In this document: piece by piece, positions 25,749-39,896 of the stretch
How the letters are laid out: each line of letters begins with the position of its first letter
Numbering within the stretch: position 1 is the first letter of the stretch
NCBI RefSeq assembly: GCF_058153355.1
Contig: NZ_CM177019.1
Length of the DNA: 64,000 nt
Reading direction: 5' to 3' (one strand)
Translations under genes and position numbers: made by a program
The notes under the pieces: model-generated
Database searches by the model: none
Seen by the model: the letters and a program-made list of their open reading frames with translations, nothing else
What the model was told of the DNA's origin: nothing

Positions 25749-26738
25749 ATGACAGAGAAAACTCTTGCCAGTCCGAAACCTTCGGAAATTCCCATTGCAA
25801 ATAATTTTAAAAAAGTCTTCAGGCAATATGGCGGTATCCTCAGTGGAATGGTGGTGTTAATCATTCTGTTCAGTTTTATTAATGACAGTTTTTTTACTGC
25901 CAATAACATTACTAATATTATTCTTCAGGTTTCGATAATTGCAATTACCGCCTATGGAATGACTTATGTACTTTTGCTTGGCGATATTGATTTATCGGTC
26001 GGTTCAACCATTGCATTGATTGGCACATTTGCTGCGCTTGGGGCTTCATGGGGAATTCCATTTATTTTATTGGTCCCATTATCCATTATTGTAGCCCTGG
26101 CTCTGGGGATGATAAATGGTGGCTTGACGGCTATAGCGGGTATCCCTTCGTTTATTGTCACCGTTGCTACAATGGGGATCTTCCGTGGTATCGCTTATAT
26201 AGTGACCGATGGTATGCCCATCATGATTAAAGATGATGCCTTTCTGGCGCTGGGGAATGGAGAATTTCTCTATATACCGATTCCTATCTGGATATTAATC
26301 ATCTTATTGCTGATTAACCACTTCATTCTTACTAAAACAACCTTTGGACGAAAAATTTATATCACTGGTGGTAATAAAGAAGCGGCAGTCTATTCAGGGA
26401 TAAATGTCACCCGCTTGAAAATTAAAGTCTTTATGATTACAGCCGTGCTGGCAGGTATCAGCGGGATGATCCTCGCCTCACGCCTCTATTCCGGGCAACC
26501 GAATTCCGCGTTGAGCTACGAACTGGATGCTATTGCCGCGGCTGTACTGGGAGGCACCAGCCTGAACGGCGGCTATGGAACCGTGGTGGGGACGGTGATC
26601 GGCGCATTAACCATCGGCGTTATTAATAATGGCATGAACTTAATGAATGTTCCCTATTTTTACCAGATGGTGGTTAAAGGATTAGTCATTCTTGTAGCCG
26701 TTTATTTTGACGTAAGAAATAAAAGAAAACGCAGCTAA
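25749..26738 (+). CDS. Sugar ABC transporter permease (RbsC-like)
   Basis: 329 aa, about 10 TM segments, start codon abuts the frame-restored stop of the ATPase. Confidence 0.82.
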   Translation: MTEKTLASPKPSEIPIANNFKKVFRQYGGILSGMVVLIILFSFINDSFFTANNITNIILQVSIIAITAYGMTYVLLLGDIDLSVGSTIALIGTFAALGASWGIPFILLVPLSIIVALALGMINGGLTAIAGIPSFIVTVATMGIFRGIAYIVTDGMPIMIKDDAFLALGNGEFLYIPIPIWILIILLLINHFILTKTTFGRKIYITGGNKEAAVYSGINVTRLKIKVFMITAVLAGISGMILASRLYSGQPNSALSYELDAIAAAVLGGTSLNGGYGTVVGTVIGALTIGVINNGMNLMNVPYFYQMVVKGLVILVAVYFDVRNKRKRS

Positions 26739-26759
26739 TCATTTCAAGGAATTAATCAT

Positions 26760-27722
26760 ATGAGTAAGGTCTTCACAATTGGAGAAATTCTTGTTGAAAT
26801 TATGGCGAGTAAAATCGGCCAGCCATTTGATCAACCAGGTATCTGGAACGGCCCTTATCCCAGTGGTGCGCCCGCTATTTTTATCGACCAGGTGACACGT
26901 CTTGGCGTTCCGTGCGGCATCATTAGCTGTGTGGGGAATGATGGCTTTGGTGATATTAATATACATCGTTTGGCTGCTGATGGTGTGGATATCAGGGGGA
27001 TTTCAGTCTTACCTCTGGAAGCCACCGGTAGCGCCTTTGTTACTTATCATAACTCTGGCGATCGTGATTTTATTTTTAATATCAAGAATGCCGCTTGCGG
27101 TAAATTATCGGCGCAGCATGTTGATGAAAATATTCTGAAGGACTGTACCCATTTTCATATTATGGGTTCATCCCTGTTTTCATTCCATATGGTAGACGCA
27201 GTAAAGAAAGCGGTAACCATTGTAAAGGAGAATGGTGGCGTTATTTCTTTCGACCCTAATATTCGGAAAGAGATGCTCGATATTCCAGAAATGCGTGACG
27301 CCCTCCACTTTGTTCTTGAGTTAACAGATATCTATATGCCCAGCGAGGGAGAAGTGTTGCTCTTGTCGCCACACTCGACACCGGAGCGTGCAATCGCTGG
27401 TTTTCTTGAAGAAGGTGTTAAAGAGGTGATTGTGAAGCGCGGCAATCAAGGTGCCAGTTACTACTCCGCGAATGAGCAGTTTCATGTTGAGAGCTATCCG
27501 GTGGATGAAGTTGACCCGACCGGTGCGGGAGACTGCTTTGGTGGCGCGTGGATTGCCTGCCGCCAGCTAGGGTTTGACGCCCATCGGGCATTACAATATG
27601 CCAACGCCTGCGGTGCACTGGCGGTAACCCGACGTGGCCCAATGGAGGGAACGTCTCGCCTTGCGGAAATCGAAGCGTTCATCCAGCGCCATGACATGTC
27701 CATTCGGGAAGCAGCACAATGA
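26760..27722 (+). CDS. PfkB-family sugar kinase (island kinase 2)
   Basis: 320 aa; DPTGAGDCFGGAW anion-hole motif, PSGAPAIF N-terminal motif; paralog of kinase 1. Confidence 0.82.
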   Translation: MSKVFTIGEILVEIMASKIGQPFDQPGIWNGPYPSGAPAIFIDQVTRLGVPCGIISCVGNDGFGDINIHRLAADGVDIRGISVLPLEATGSAFVTYHNSGDRDFIFNIKNAACGKLSAQHVDENILKDCTHFHIMGSSLFSFHMVDAVKKAVTIVKENGGVISFDPNIRKEMLDIPEMRDALHFVLELTDIYMPSEGEVLLLSPHSTPERAIAGFLEEGVKEVIVKRGNQGASYYSANEQFHVESYPVDEVDPTGAGDCFGGAWIACRQLGFDAHRALQYANACGALAVTRRGPMEGTSRLAEIEAFIQRHDMSIREAAQ

Positions 27723-28765
27723 AAAACGAAATTTGGTCGTGGATTGGCGATCTCTCGCAGGTTGCCGGAATTAAACACTATGAGTTACGTAGTGGCAGAT
27801 CAAAGGGGACAGAAGCGTTTGATGTCCGTACTGGTGCGGGATTGGCATTTACGGTGGTAAAAGATCGCGCGCTGGATATTGCATGGGCCAGCTACAAGGA
27901 CACTGCGCTCTCTTTTATCACCCCCAACGGCATTGTCGCGCCTGCTTTTTTTGAGCCGCAGGGCAATGGATTTTTGCGTAGCTTCTACGCGGGATTACTG
28001 ACCACATGCGGACTTAGCTACATTGGGACGCCCTGTGAGGATGAAGGAGAAACGCTGGGATTACCCGGACGTTTGGCTGCGACACCAGCGGAAGAGGTGG
28101 GATATCGCACAGAACGGACCGACGACGGCATTGAATTTGTCATCAATGGCAAATTACGGGAAACGCGATTGTTCGGTGAAAATCTGACGTTGGAAAGGAC
28201 CATTCGCTGCCGCTATGGCGAAAATGTGCTGCGCATTGAAGACAAGGTGACTAATCATGGTTTCACCCGCCAGCCGCTGCAAATTCTTTATCACTTTAAT
28301 TACGGCTGGCCTTTATTATCGCCACAGGCAGAAATCTTGCTGTCGGCTAAAAGCGTAACGCCACGAACCCCGCATGCGGCGGAAGGGTTAACCAGTCATC
28401 TGGAGATTTGTACCCCACAGCCCGGTTTTGACGAGCAGGTTTACTATCTCACGTTGAATAGCGACAGTCAGGGGATGAGTAAAGTTGCGCTGGTGAACGC
28501 CGAACTGGGGTGGGGAATTTACGAGAAATTCGACACCATGCAGCTACCCAACTTTATCCAGTGGAAAAATTTAGGCGCGGGTGAATATGTTATGGGGCTG
28601 GAGGTCAGCAATAGTTTTCCTGACGGTCGTGATAAAGAACGAGCGCAGGGGCGTCTGCCCTTTATAGAGCCAAGGGAAACAAAGACATACTGCTTTGAGC
28701 TGGGAATTGTTGATGGCGATGCTGAAATTAGCGCGTTGAAAGCGGAAATTGCAGGCTACCGTTAG
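27719..28765 (+). CDS. Uncharacterised protein, possibly aldose-1-epimerase/mutarotase-like (DUF-type)
   Basis: 348 aa, no recognisable catalytic motif by eye; start overlaps kinase 2 stop by 4 nt (ATGA), so translationally coupled; family assignment is a guess. Confidence 0.5.
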   Translation: MKNEIWSWIGDLSQVAGIKHYELRSGRSKGTEAFDVRTGAGLAFTVVKDRALDIAWASYKDTALSFITPNGIVAPAFFEPQGNGFLRSFYAGLLTTCGLSYIGTPCEDEGETLGLPGRLAATPAEEVGYRTERTDDGIEFVINGKLRETRLFGENLTLERTIRCRYGENVLRIEDKVTNHGFTRQPLQILYHFNYGWPLLSPQAEILLSAKSVTPRTPHAAEGLTSHLEICTPQPGFDEQVYYLTLNSDSQGMSKVALVNAELGWGIYEKFDTMQLPNFIQWKNLGAGEYVMGLEVSNSFPDGRDKERAQGRLPFIEPRETKTYCFELGIVDGDAEISALKAEIAGYR

Positions 28766-28775
28766 TTAACGGTAA

Positions 28776-28810
28776 TAAAAACGCCGGGCAGCCTTAACAG
28801 GCCCGGCGTT
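28776..28810. terminator. Bidirectional hairpin between convergent island operon and accC
   Basis: Perfect 10 bp stem aacgccgggc/gcccggcgtt with 11 nt loop; T-run on minus-strand side (accC terminator), A-run on plus side. Confidence 0.7.
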
Positions 28811-28856
28811 AATTACGTTCTTTGCTAAGCGCGATGAAAACACCGCGCGACACAAA

Positions 28857-30206
28857 TTATTTTTCCTGAAGACCGAGTTTTTTCTCCAGATAGTGGATGT
28901 TAGTGCCACCATGCTGGAAGTTCTCGTCATTCATGATGCGAATCTGCAGATCAACGTTGGTTTTGATACCATCGATGATCAGCTCCTGCAGCGCATTCTT
29001 CATGCGGGCAATCGCTACGTCACGGTTTTCACCGTAGCAAATCAGCTTACCGATCATTGAGTCATAGTACGGCGGTACGGTGTAGCCCGCGTAGATATGA
29101 GACTCCCAACGCACGCCAAAACCGCCAGGTGCATGGAAACGGGTGATTTTGCCCGGACTTGGCAGGAAGGTGTTCGGATCTTCGGCGTTAATACGGCATT
29201 CCACCGCATGGCCGCGAACGTGAACTTCTTCTTGCTTGATCGACAGTGGCTGACCAGCAGCAATACGCAGTTGTTCTTTGATCAGGTCAACACCGGTGAT
29301 CATTTCAGTAACCGGGTGTTCTACCTGAATACGGGTGTTCATTTCGATGAAATAGAACTCGCCGTTTTCGAACAGAAACTCGAAAGTACCTGCACCGCGA
29401 TAGCCGATATCAACACACGCTTTAGCACAACGTTCACCGATGTAGCGACGCAGTTCCGGGGTAATGCCCGGTGCTGGCGCTTCTTCGACCACTTTCTGGT
29501 GACGACGCTGCATAGAGCAGTCACGTTCCGCCAGATAGATAGCGTTGCCCTGACCGTCCGCCAGTACCTGGATCTCGACGTGGCGAGGATTTTCCAGGTA
29601 TTTCTCCATGTAAACCATGTCGTTATTGAAAGCGGCTTTCGCTTCCGCACGGGTCATGGAGATGGATTGCGCCAGTTCAGCGTCGCCGCGTACTACACGC
29701 ATACCACGACCGCCGCCGCCGCCGGAGGCTTTGATAATCACCGGGTAACCAATGCGTTTTGCAATGGCGCGGTTTTTATCCATATCGTCGCCCAGCGGGC
29801 CGTCAGAACCCGGTACGCAAGGAACGCCCGCTTTTTTCATCGCGGCGATTGCGGATACTTTGTCACCCATCAGGCGAATGGTGTCTGCTTTCGGGCCGAT
29901 GAAGATAAAGCCGGAGCGTTCAACCTGCTCGGCAAAATTGGCGTTCTCGGAGAGGAAGCCGTAACCCGGATGGATTGCTACTGCGCCGGTGATTTCAGCG
30001 GCGCTGATGATTGCCGGGATGTTCAGATAACTTTTTACTGACGGAGCAGGGCCGATACAGACCGTTTCGTCTGCCAGTAATACGTGTTTTAGATCGCGAT
30101 CCGCACTGGAGTGCACAGCGACAGTCTTGATGCCCAGTTCTTTACAGGCACGAAGAATACGCAATGCAATCTCGCCGCGGTTGGCAATAACAATTTTATC
30201 CAGCAT
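28857..30206 (-). CDS. accC: Biotin carboxylase subunit of acetyl-CoA carboxylase
   Basis: 449 aa starting [33 protein letters not shown]; ATP-grasp motifs; start trimmed from ORF-track extension (GAGG SD). Confidence 0.97.
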   Translation of the reverse strand: MLDKIVIANRGEIALRILRACKELGIKTVAVHSSADRDLKHVLLADETVCIGPAPSVKSYLNIPAIISAAEITGAVAIHPGYGFLSENANFAEQVERSGFIFIGPKADTIRLMGDKVSAIAAMKKAGVPCVPGSDGPLGDDMDKNRAIAKRIGYPVIIKASGGGGGRGMRVVRGDAELAQSISMTRAEAKAAFNNDMVYMEKYLENPRHVEIQVLADGQGNAIYLAERDCSMQRRHQKVVEEAPAPGITPELRRYIGERCAKACVDIGYRGAGTFEFLFENGEFYFIEMNTRIQVEHPVTEMITGVDLIKEQLRIAAGQPLSIKQEEVHVRGHAVECRINAEDPNTFLPSPGKITRFHAPGGFGVRWESHIYAGYTVPPYYDSMIGKLICYGENRDVAIARMKNALQELIIDGIKTNVDLQIRIMNDENFQHGGTNIHYLEKKLGLQEK

Positions 30207-30216
30207 GTTCGCCTCG

Positions 30217-30687
30217 TTACTCGATGACGACCAGCGGCTCGTCAAATTCTACCGGTTGTCCACTTTCGACCAGAATTGCTTTCACGGTACCGGATTTGTC
30301 CGCTTCGATCTGGTTCATCATTTTCATGGCTTCAACGATGCACAGGGTATCGCCCACGTTGACTTTCTGCCCCACTTCGATGAACGCTTTTGCGTCCGGG
30401 CTTGGGGTGCGGTAGAAAGTACCAACCATCGGGGAACGTACGATGTGACCACTGATTTCCGCTGCTGCTGGCGCTTCCATGGAAGGAACGGTCGCCGGAG
30501 CGGCTGCGTTAGATTGAGCTGGCTGCTGCATCATTGGTGCAGCGTAAGCTTGTTGCATCACAGGGAAACTTGCGGCAGGAGCTGCACGGCTGATGCGTAC
30601 TGACTCTTCGCCTTCGGAGATTTCCAGTTCGGAGATGCCTGATTCTTCAACCAGCTCGATCAGTTTTTTAATCTTACGAATATCCAT
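30217..30687 (-). CDS. accB: Biotin carboxyl carrier protein of acetyl-CoA carboxylase
   Basis: 156 aa; biotinylation motif [10 protein letters not shown]; Ala/Pro-rich linker. Confidence 0.97.
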
Positions 30688-31696
30688 GAGTGGGTTCCGT
30701 ACTCTTTGTTTAGTGTGATTGTGACAGGCGTTTCACCGCCGTCTGTAAAGCGTATGCCCCGACAGCTGTATGCATAGCGATAAATTCCAGCAGGCCGGGA
30801 CGCCGGTCTATTTTGCCCCAGAGTGTCAATGTTTAGACTTGACGGACATTGTGCAGCGATCTGCTGCTATCCTCCGGCAAAAAACAAAATATACCTTCGT
30901 TGCGCCAATGTCACCTTTTCCGCAGCGCAAAAACTGCGTCAGGGAGGACGAGGTCGCACATTATAACGATTTCGTAGCAATTGGCAGCTAAATACTGGTC
31001 TTATCAGGGAAGATAATCAACAGCTAACATGTAAATAACCTTCAACACCGTGTAATTTGCAACAAGCCGCACAATTCACGAAATTAGCGCTATCGTCGAC
31101 GGAACTTCTTATAACGTAAGGCTAAAAGCTGTAAAGCTAGCTCTGCGAAGATGAGGGGCTGCAATGAGATGATCCTCACAGACCACAAATAATGTAGGGA
31201 TGTCAGGATCGCGGCAAGATAGACGACATTACGCAGCGGTTGCTGGTGATTACTCAATTTTCACGGCATCGTCCGGATAGACGTCTATGCTAAAGCACGC
31301 AAAATCAACAAACTGACAATGCTCAGCATCAAATAGTTTTGAGTGGTTAATTTATAATCAAATAAAATCAGATTATTCACCCCTGGGATCAGAGTTAAGA
31401 TACAGATTAAGCGTAGCGTCACCCAGGCAAAGCGCCTTAAACCTAACAGACGACGGGACGTATCAATAATGACTATTTAGTGGAGTATCAAGGGTGTTTT
31501 CCACCGTTTGGTGACCCGTATCAATGCGCATCAATTTATGGTCAGTCGAAATCATGACTTTCCAGTTTGGATGATGTTGTACAACTTCATGACCAAGATG
31601 TTCGACGAAAGCTGTCCGGCTAACCGCTTTTCCCGTTAACCGATTGAATAATGATTTCAAAATGAGTTCCCTCTCTTATTATTCCCTGATAAATGG

Positions 31697-32671
31697 TTAG
31701 TTAACCTTCACCAGCGTGCGACCCTGGATCTGGTTATTAATGATGGCCTCGGCAAATTTCGGTGCCTCTGCCAGAGATATCTCTTTTGCCGCCTGGGTAT
31801 AGAATGATTCCGGTAAATCGGCGACCAGTCGCTGCCAGGCTTGTGCGCGGCGTGCTGGTGGCGTCATCACTGAATCCACCCCCTGTAAACGGACATTACG
31901 CAGAATAAATGGCATGACCGTGGTTGGCAGAGTAAAACCACCCGCCAGACCACAGGCCGCCACGCAGCCGCCGTAATTCATTTGCGCCAGCACTTTCGCC
32001 AGCACTTTGTCGCCAACGGTGTCAATTGCCCCAGCCCAGAGTTGTTTTTCCAGAGGACGGGATTCGGCAAACTCATCGCGAGGGAGAATACGGCTGGCAC
32101 CTAAACTTTTCAGATATTCATGGGTACTTTCGCGACCGGAAACGGCAACGACCTGATAACCCAACTTATGCAGCAGCGCCACGGCGGTACTGCCGACGCC
32201 ACCACTGGCACCCGTTACGACAATCTCGCCGTCCTGCGGGCGAACACCGGCATCTTCCAGCGCCATCACACACAGCATGGCGGTAAAACCGGCAGTACCG
32301 ATAATCATTGCTTTACGCGCGTCCAGCCCTTGCGGCATGGCAACCAGCCAGTCACCTTTCACTCGCGCCTGCTCCGCCAGCCCACCCCAGTGGTTTTCAC
32401 CAACGCCCCAGCCAGTGAGTAACACGTCCTGACCGGCATGAAAACGCGGATCTTCGCTGGTGCGTACAGTTCCGGCAAAATCGATCCCAGGAATCATCGG
32501 AAAATTACGGATGATTTTTCCCTTACCAGTAATCGCCAGCGCATCTTTGTAGTTCAGGCTCGACCAGTGAACATCGACCGTGACATCGCCCTCCGGAAGG
32601 TGACTTTCGTCCAGAGTCTGTACCGATGCGAGAGTTTTGCCGTCCTGCTGTTCTAAAAGTAACGCCTGCAT
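31697..32671 (-). CDS. acuI: NADPH-dependent acryloyl-CoA reductase / quinone oxidoreductase-like MDR protein
   Basis: 324 aa medium-chain dehydrogenase/reductase fold with GASGGVGS nucleotide motif; K-12 yhdH position. Confidence 0.88.
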   Translation of the reverse strand: MQALLLEQQDGKTLASVQTLDESHLPEGDVTVDVHWSSLNYKDALAITGKGKIIRNFPMIPGIDFAGTVRTSEDPRFHAGQDVLLTGWGVGENHWGGLAEQARVKGDWLVAMPQGLDARKAMIIGTAGFTAMLCVMALEDAGVRPQDGEIVVTGASGGVGSTAVALLHKLGYQVVAVSGRESTHEYLKSLGASRILPRDEFAESRPLEKQLWAGAIDTVGDKVLAKVLAQMNYGGCVAACGLAGGFTLPTTVMPFILRNVRLQGVDSVMTPPARRAQAWQRLVADLPESFYTQAAKEISLAEAPKFAEAIINNQIQGRTLVKVN

Positions 32672-32822
32672 AAGTGGTCCTCATGTGCATGATGGATTGG
32701 AAAATAATTTCTGAAGACTATACTCGCTAATGGAAAAGCAAAGCCGATGAAGCGCAATAAATTGCGAGATAAATCTGATTTGCTAGTATGCCCGCTTCCT
32801 CACTATCGGAGTTAACACAAGG

Positions 32823-34763
32823 ATGAGATTAACGACGAAATTTTCGGCCTTTGTTACGCTGCTCACTGGGTTAACAATTTTTGTGACTTTGCTGGGCTGT
32901 TCGCTAAGTTTCTACAATGCCATTCAGTATAAGTTTAGTCATCGCGTTCAGGCAGTGGCAACGGCGATTGATACCCACCTTGTGTCGAATGACTTCAGCG
33001 CATTAAGGCCACAAATTACCGAATTAATGATGTCAGCAGATATCGTTCGTGTAGACCTGCTGCACGGCGATAAACAGGTATACACACTGACCAGAAATGG
33101 TAGTTATCGTCCGGTTGGCACCAGCGATCTGTTTCGCGAACTGAGCGTTCCGTTGATAAAGCATCCGGGGATGTCGCTGCGTCTGGTTTATCAGGATCCG
33201 ATGGGCAACTATTTCCATTCGTTGATGACCACCGCGCCGCTCACGGGGGCGATTGGCTTTATCATTCTTATGCTCTTCCTGGCGGTACGCTGGTTACAAC
33301 GGCAACTTGCCGGGCAAGAATTGCTGGAAACCCGGGCTACTCGTATCTTAAACGGTGAGCGTGGCTCTAATGTGTTGGGAACCATCTATGAATGGCCGCC
33401 CAGAACCAGCAGTGCGCTGGATACGCTGCTTCGTGAAATTCAGAACGCACGCGAACAACACAGCCGTCTTGATACGCTGATCCGCTCTTATGCCGCCCAG
33501 GACATGAAAACCGGCCTCAATAACCGACTCTTCTTCGATAATCAGTTAGCAACGTTACTGGAAGATCAGGAAAAAGTAGGTACCCACGGGATCGTGATGA
33601 TGATTCGTCTACCGGATTTCAATATGTTGAGCGATACCTGGGGGCACAGCCAGGTTGAAGAACAGTTCTTCACTCTGACGAATCTGCTGTCGACATTTAT
33701 GATGCGCTACCCTGGCGCACTGCTGGCGCGTTACCACCGCAGTGATTTTGCTGCGCTGTTGCCGCACCGGACGTTAAAAGAGGCTGAGAGCATAGCCAGT
33801 CAGTTAATCAAAGCCGTCGATACCTTGCCGAACAATAAAATGCTCGATCGCGACGATATGATCCACATTGGTATCTGTGCCTGGCGTAGTGGTCAGGATA
33901 CCGAGCAGGTAATGGAACATGCAGAGTCTGCCACGCGTAATGCGGGATTGCAGGGCGGCAATAGCTGGGCTATTTACGATGACTCGTTGCCTGAAAAAGG
34001 ACGCGGTAATGTTCGCTGGCGTACGCTTATCGAGCAAATGCTGAGTCGCGGCGGCCCGCGCCTTTATCAAAAACCGGCGGTTACTCGCGAAGGTCAGGTT
34101 CATCATCGAGAACTCATGTGCCGCATCTTCGATGGTAATGAAGAGGTTAGCTCGGCGGAGTATATGCCGATGGTCTTGCAGTTTGGCTTATCGGAAGAGT
34201 ATGACCGCCTGCAAATCAGCCGTCTGATTCCACTATTGCGTTACTGGCCGGAGGAAAATCTGGCGATTCAGGTTACCGTTGAGTCGCTGATTCGCCCGCG
34301 TTTTCAGCGTTGGCTGCGCGATACGTTAATGCAATGTGAAAGATCGCAACGAAAACGCATAATTATTGAACTTGCAGAGGCCGATGTAGGTCAACATATC
34401 AGTCGTTTACAACCTGTTATTCGTTTAGTGAATGCTTTAGGGGTACGGGTAGCCGTCAACCAGGCTGGTTTGACGCTGGTAAGCACCAGTTGGATCAAAG
34501 AACTTAATGTTGAGTTACTCAAGCTCCATCCGGGGCTGGTCAGAAACATTGAGAAGCGAACGGAGAATCAGCTGCTGGTTCAAAGCCTGGTGGAAGCCTG
34601 CTCCGGGACCAGCACCCAGGTTTACGCCACCGGCGTGCGTTCGCGAAGCGAGTGGCAGACCCTGATTCAGCGCGGTGTTACAGGTGGGCAAGGGGATTTT
34701 TTCGCGTCCTCACAGCCACTTGATACTAACGTGAAAAAATATTCACAAAGATACTCGGTTTAA
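32823..34763 (+). CDS. csrD: RNase E specificity factor CsrD (degenerate GGDEF-EAL protein)
   Basis: 646 aa; N-terminal TM segments, then GGDEF-like and EAL-like domains. Confidence 0.9.
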   Translation: MRLTTKFSAFVTLLTGLTIFVTLLGCSLSFYNAIQYKFSHRVQAVATAIDTHLVSNDFSALRPQITELMMSADIVRVDLLHGDKQVYTLTRNGSYRPVGTSDLFRELSVPLIKHPGMSLRLVYQDPMGNYFHSLMTTAPLTGAIGFIILMLFLAVRWLQRQLAGQELLETRATRILNGERGSNVLGTIYEWPPRTSSALDTLLREIQNAREQHSRLDTLIRSYAAQDMKTGLNNRLFFDNQLATLLEDQEKVGTHGIVMMIRLPDFNMLSDTWGHSQVEEQFFTLTNLLSTFMMRYPGALLARYHRSDFAALLPHRTLKEAESIASQLIKAVDTLPNNKMLDRDDMIHIGICAWRSGQDTEQVMEHAESATRNAGLQGGNSWAIYDDSLPEKGRGNVRWRTLIEQMLSRGGPRLYQKPAVTREGQVHHRELMCRIFDGNEEVSSAEYMPMVLQFGLSEEYDRLQISRLIPLLRYWPEENLAIQVTVESLIRPRFQRWLRDTLMQCERSQRKRIIIELAEADVGQHISRLQPVIRLVNALGVRVAVNQAGLTLVSTSWIKELNVELLKLHPGLVRNIEKRTENQLLVQSLVEACSGTSTQVYATGVRSRSEWQTLIQRGVTGGQGDFFASSQPLDTNVKKYSQRYSV

Positions 34764-34941
34764 CCTGCCGTTTAATCCGTTTTCACGTAGAATAACGCGC
34801 GCTGCGTCTCATGGGAGTGTGCTTGTCTGCTCGCCAGATTGTTGCAGCACATATGCAGATGAATGACCTTACGCGGTTGCAAACAGGCGAGGAATGCTGC
34901 TGATGCATTAAGCCTTTCTGGACTCAGGCAGAGATTTGTAA

Positions 34942-36111
<1,170 letters not shown>

Positions 36112-36176
36112 TCGGATACAGGCAGGGGAAGCGTCTGTTTACCCTGCTTGGTCTGATACGAGAATACGCATAACTT

Positions 36177-37768
<1,592 letters not shown>

Positions 37769-37776
37769 AGGTTTCT

Positions 37777-38370
37777 ATGACTTCTCTGTATTTAGCTTCC
37801 GGTTCTCCGCGTCGTCAGGAGTTACTTGCGCAACTTGGCGTGACCTTTGAACGTATTGTTACGGGCATTGAGGAGCAGCGTCAGCCGCAGGAGAGCGCGC
37901 AGCAATATGTTGTGCGTCTGGCGCGCGAGAAAGCACAGGCGGGTGTCACGCACACGGCGCAGGATCTCCCGGTGCTGGGTGCGGATACTATCGTTATCCT
38001 GAATGGAGAAGTGCTGGAGAAACCGCGCGACGCAGATCATGCGGCGCAGATGTTGCGCAAACTATCGGGTCAGACCCATCAGGTGATGACGGCAGTGGCG
38101 TTGGCCGACAGTCAGCACATTCTCGATTGCCTGGTGGTCACCGATGTGACGTTCAGAACGTTAACAGACGAAGACATCGCGGGCTATGTCGCCAGCGGAG
38201 AACCGTTAGATAAAGCAGGTGCATACGGTATTCAGGGGTTGGGTGGCTGTTTTGTCAGGAAGATAAATGGCAGCTATCACGCCGTAGTCGGCTTACCGCT
38301 GGTTGAAACGTATGAATTATTAAGTAATTTTAACGCACTGCGTGAGAAAAGGGATAAACATGACGGCTGA
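37777..38370 (+). CDS. yhdE: Maf-family nucleoside triphosphate pyrophosphatase
   Basis: 197 aa, begins [22 protein letters not shown] (Maf signature). Confidence 0.92.
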   Translation: MTSLYLASGSPRRQELLAQLGVTFERIVTGIEEQRQPQESAQQYVVRLAREKAQAGVTHTAQDLPVLGADTIVILNGEVLEKPRDADHAAQMLRKLSGQTHQVMTAVALADSQHILDCLVVTDVTFRTLTDEDIAGYVASGEPLDKAGAYGIQGLGGCFVRKINGSYHAVVGLPLVETYELLSNFNALREKRDKHDG

Positions 38371-39829
38371 ATTGTTGGTAAACGTAACGCCTTCGGAAAC
38401 GCGAGTGGCGTATATTGATGGCGGTATTCTGCAGGAAATTCATATTGAACGTGAGGCGCGACGCGGAATAGTAGGCAATATCTACAAGGGTCGTGTAAGT
38501 CGTGTACTTCCGGGTATGCAGGCGGCTTTTGTAGATATTGGGCTGGATAAAGCCGCGTTTCTTCATGCATCCGACATCATGCCGCATACTGAGTGTGTGG
38601 CGGGTGAAGAGCAAAAGCAATTCACGGTGCGCGACATCTCGGAACTGGTCCGTCAGGGGCAAGATCTGATGGTGCAGGTGGTGAAAGATCCGCTTGGTAC
38701 TAAAGGTGCGCGCCTGACCACCGATATCACTCTGCCATCTCGCTATCTGGTTTTTATGCCAGGTGCTTCTCATGTTGGGGTTTCCCAACGTATCGAAAGC
38801 GAATCCGAACGTGAACGCCTGAAAAAAGTGGTCGCGGAGTATTGCGACGAGCAGGGCGGGTTTATCATCCGTACTGCAGCGGAAGGTGTTGGTGAGGCTG
38901 AACTGGCCTCCGATGCCGCTTATCTGAAACGTGTCTGGACCAAAGTCATGGAGCGTAAAAAGCGCCCGCAGACCCGTTATCAGCTATACGGCGAACTGGC
39001 GTTGGCGCAGCGTGTTCTGCGTGATTTCGCCGACGCCGAGCTGGACCGCATTCGCGTTGACTCGCGCCTGACTTACGAAGCATTGCTGGAGTTTACCTCG
39101 GAGTACATTCCCGAGATGACCAGCAAGCTGGAGCATTACACAGGCCGCCAACCGATTTTCGATCTCTTTGATGTTGAAAACGAAATCCAGCGGGCGCTGG
39201 AACGCAAAGTTGAACTAAAATCCGGTGGCTATCTGATTATCGACCAGACCGAAGCGATGACCACCGTGGACATCAATACCGGGGCGTTTGTCGGTCATCG
39301 CAATCTGGACGACACCATCTTCAATACCAATATTGAAGCGACGCAGGCTATTGCTCGCCAGTTACGGTTGCGTAACCTGGGCGGGATCATCATTATTGAT
39401 TTCATCGACATGAATAATGAAGATCACCGTCGCCGCGTGTTGCATTCGCTGGAGCAGGCGTTGAGCAAAGACCGGGTGAAAACCAGCGTTAATGGTTTTT
39501 CGGCGCTGGGGCTGGTGGAGATGACGCGTAAACGCACTCGCGAAAGCATTGAGCACGTACTATGTAACGAATGCCCAACCTGTCACGGTCGCGGAACGGT
39601 GAAAACCGTGGAAACGGTATGCTATGAAATCATGCGCGAGATTGTTCGTGTACACCATGCTTACGATTCCGACCGTTTCCTGGTCTATGCTTCTCCGGCA
39701 GTAGCCGAAGCCTTGAAAGGCGAAGAGTCACACTCGCTGGCGGAAGTGGAAATTTTCGTTGGCAAACAGGTTAAAGTACAAATTGAACCGCTCTATAACC
39801 AGGAGCAGTTTGACGTCGTAATGATGTAA
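38360..39829 (+). CDS. rng: Ribonuclease G
   Basis: 489 aa from ATG 38360 ([22 protein letters not shown]...), S1 domain and RNase E/G catalytic core; overlaps yhdE end by 11 nt. Confidence 0.95.
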
Positions 39830-39896
39830 ACAGATGCTGGGCCGCCATCCGGCAAAGGGTTTTTGAGTCACATTTTTAGCAGACAAGGAGTGACGG

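Noticed and set aside
29097-30041. 314 aa plus-strand ORF inside accC
   Set aside because: Antisense to a highly conserved gene (AccC, minus strand) with a rich unambiguous translation; a long reverse-frame ORF in GC-rich coding DNA is expected by chance.
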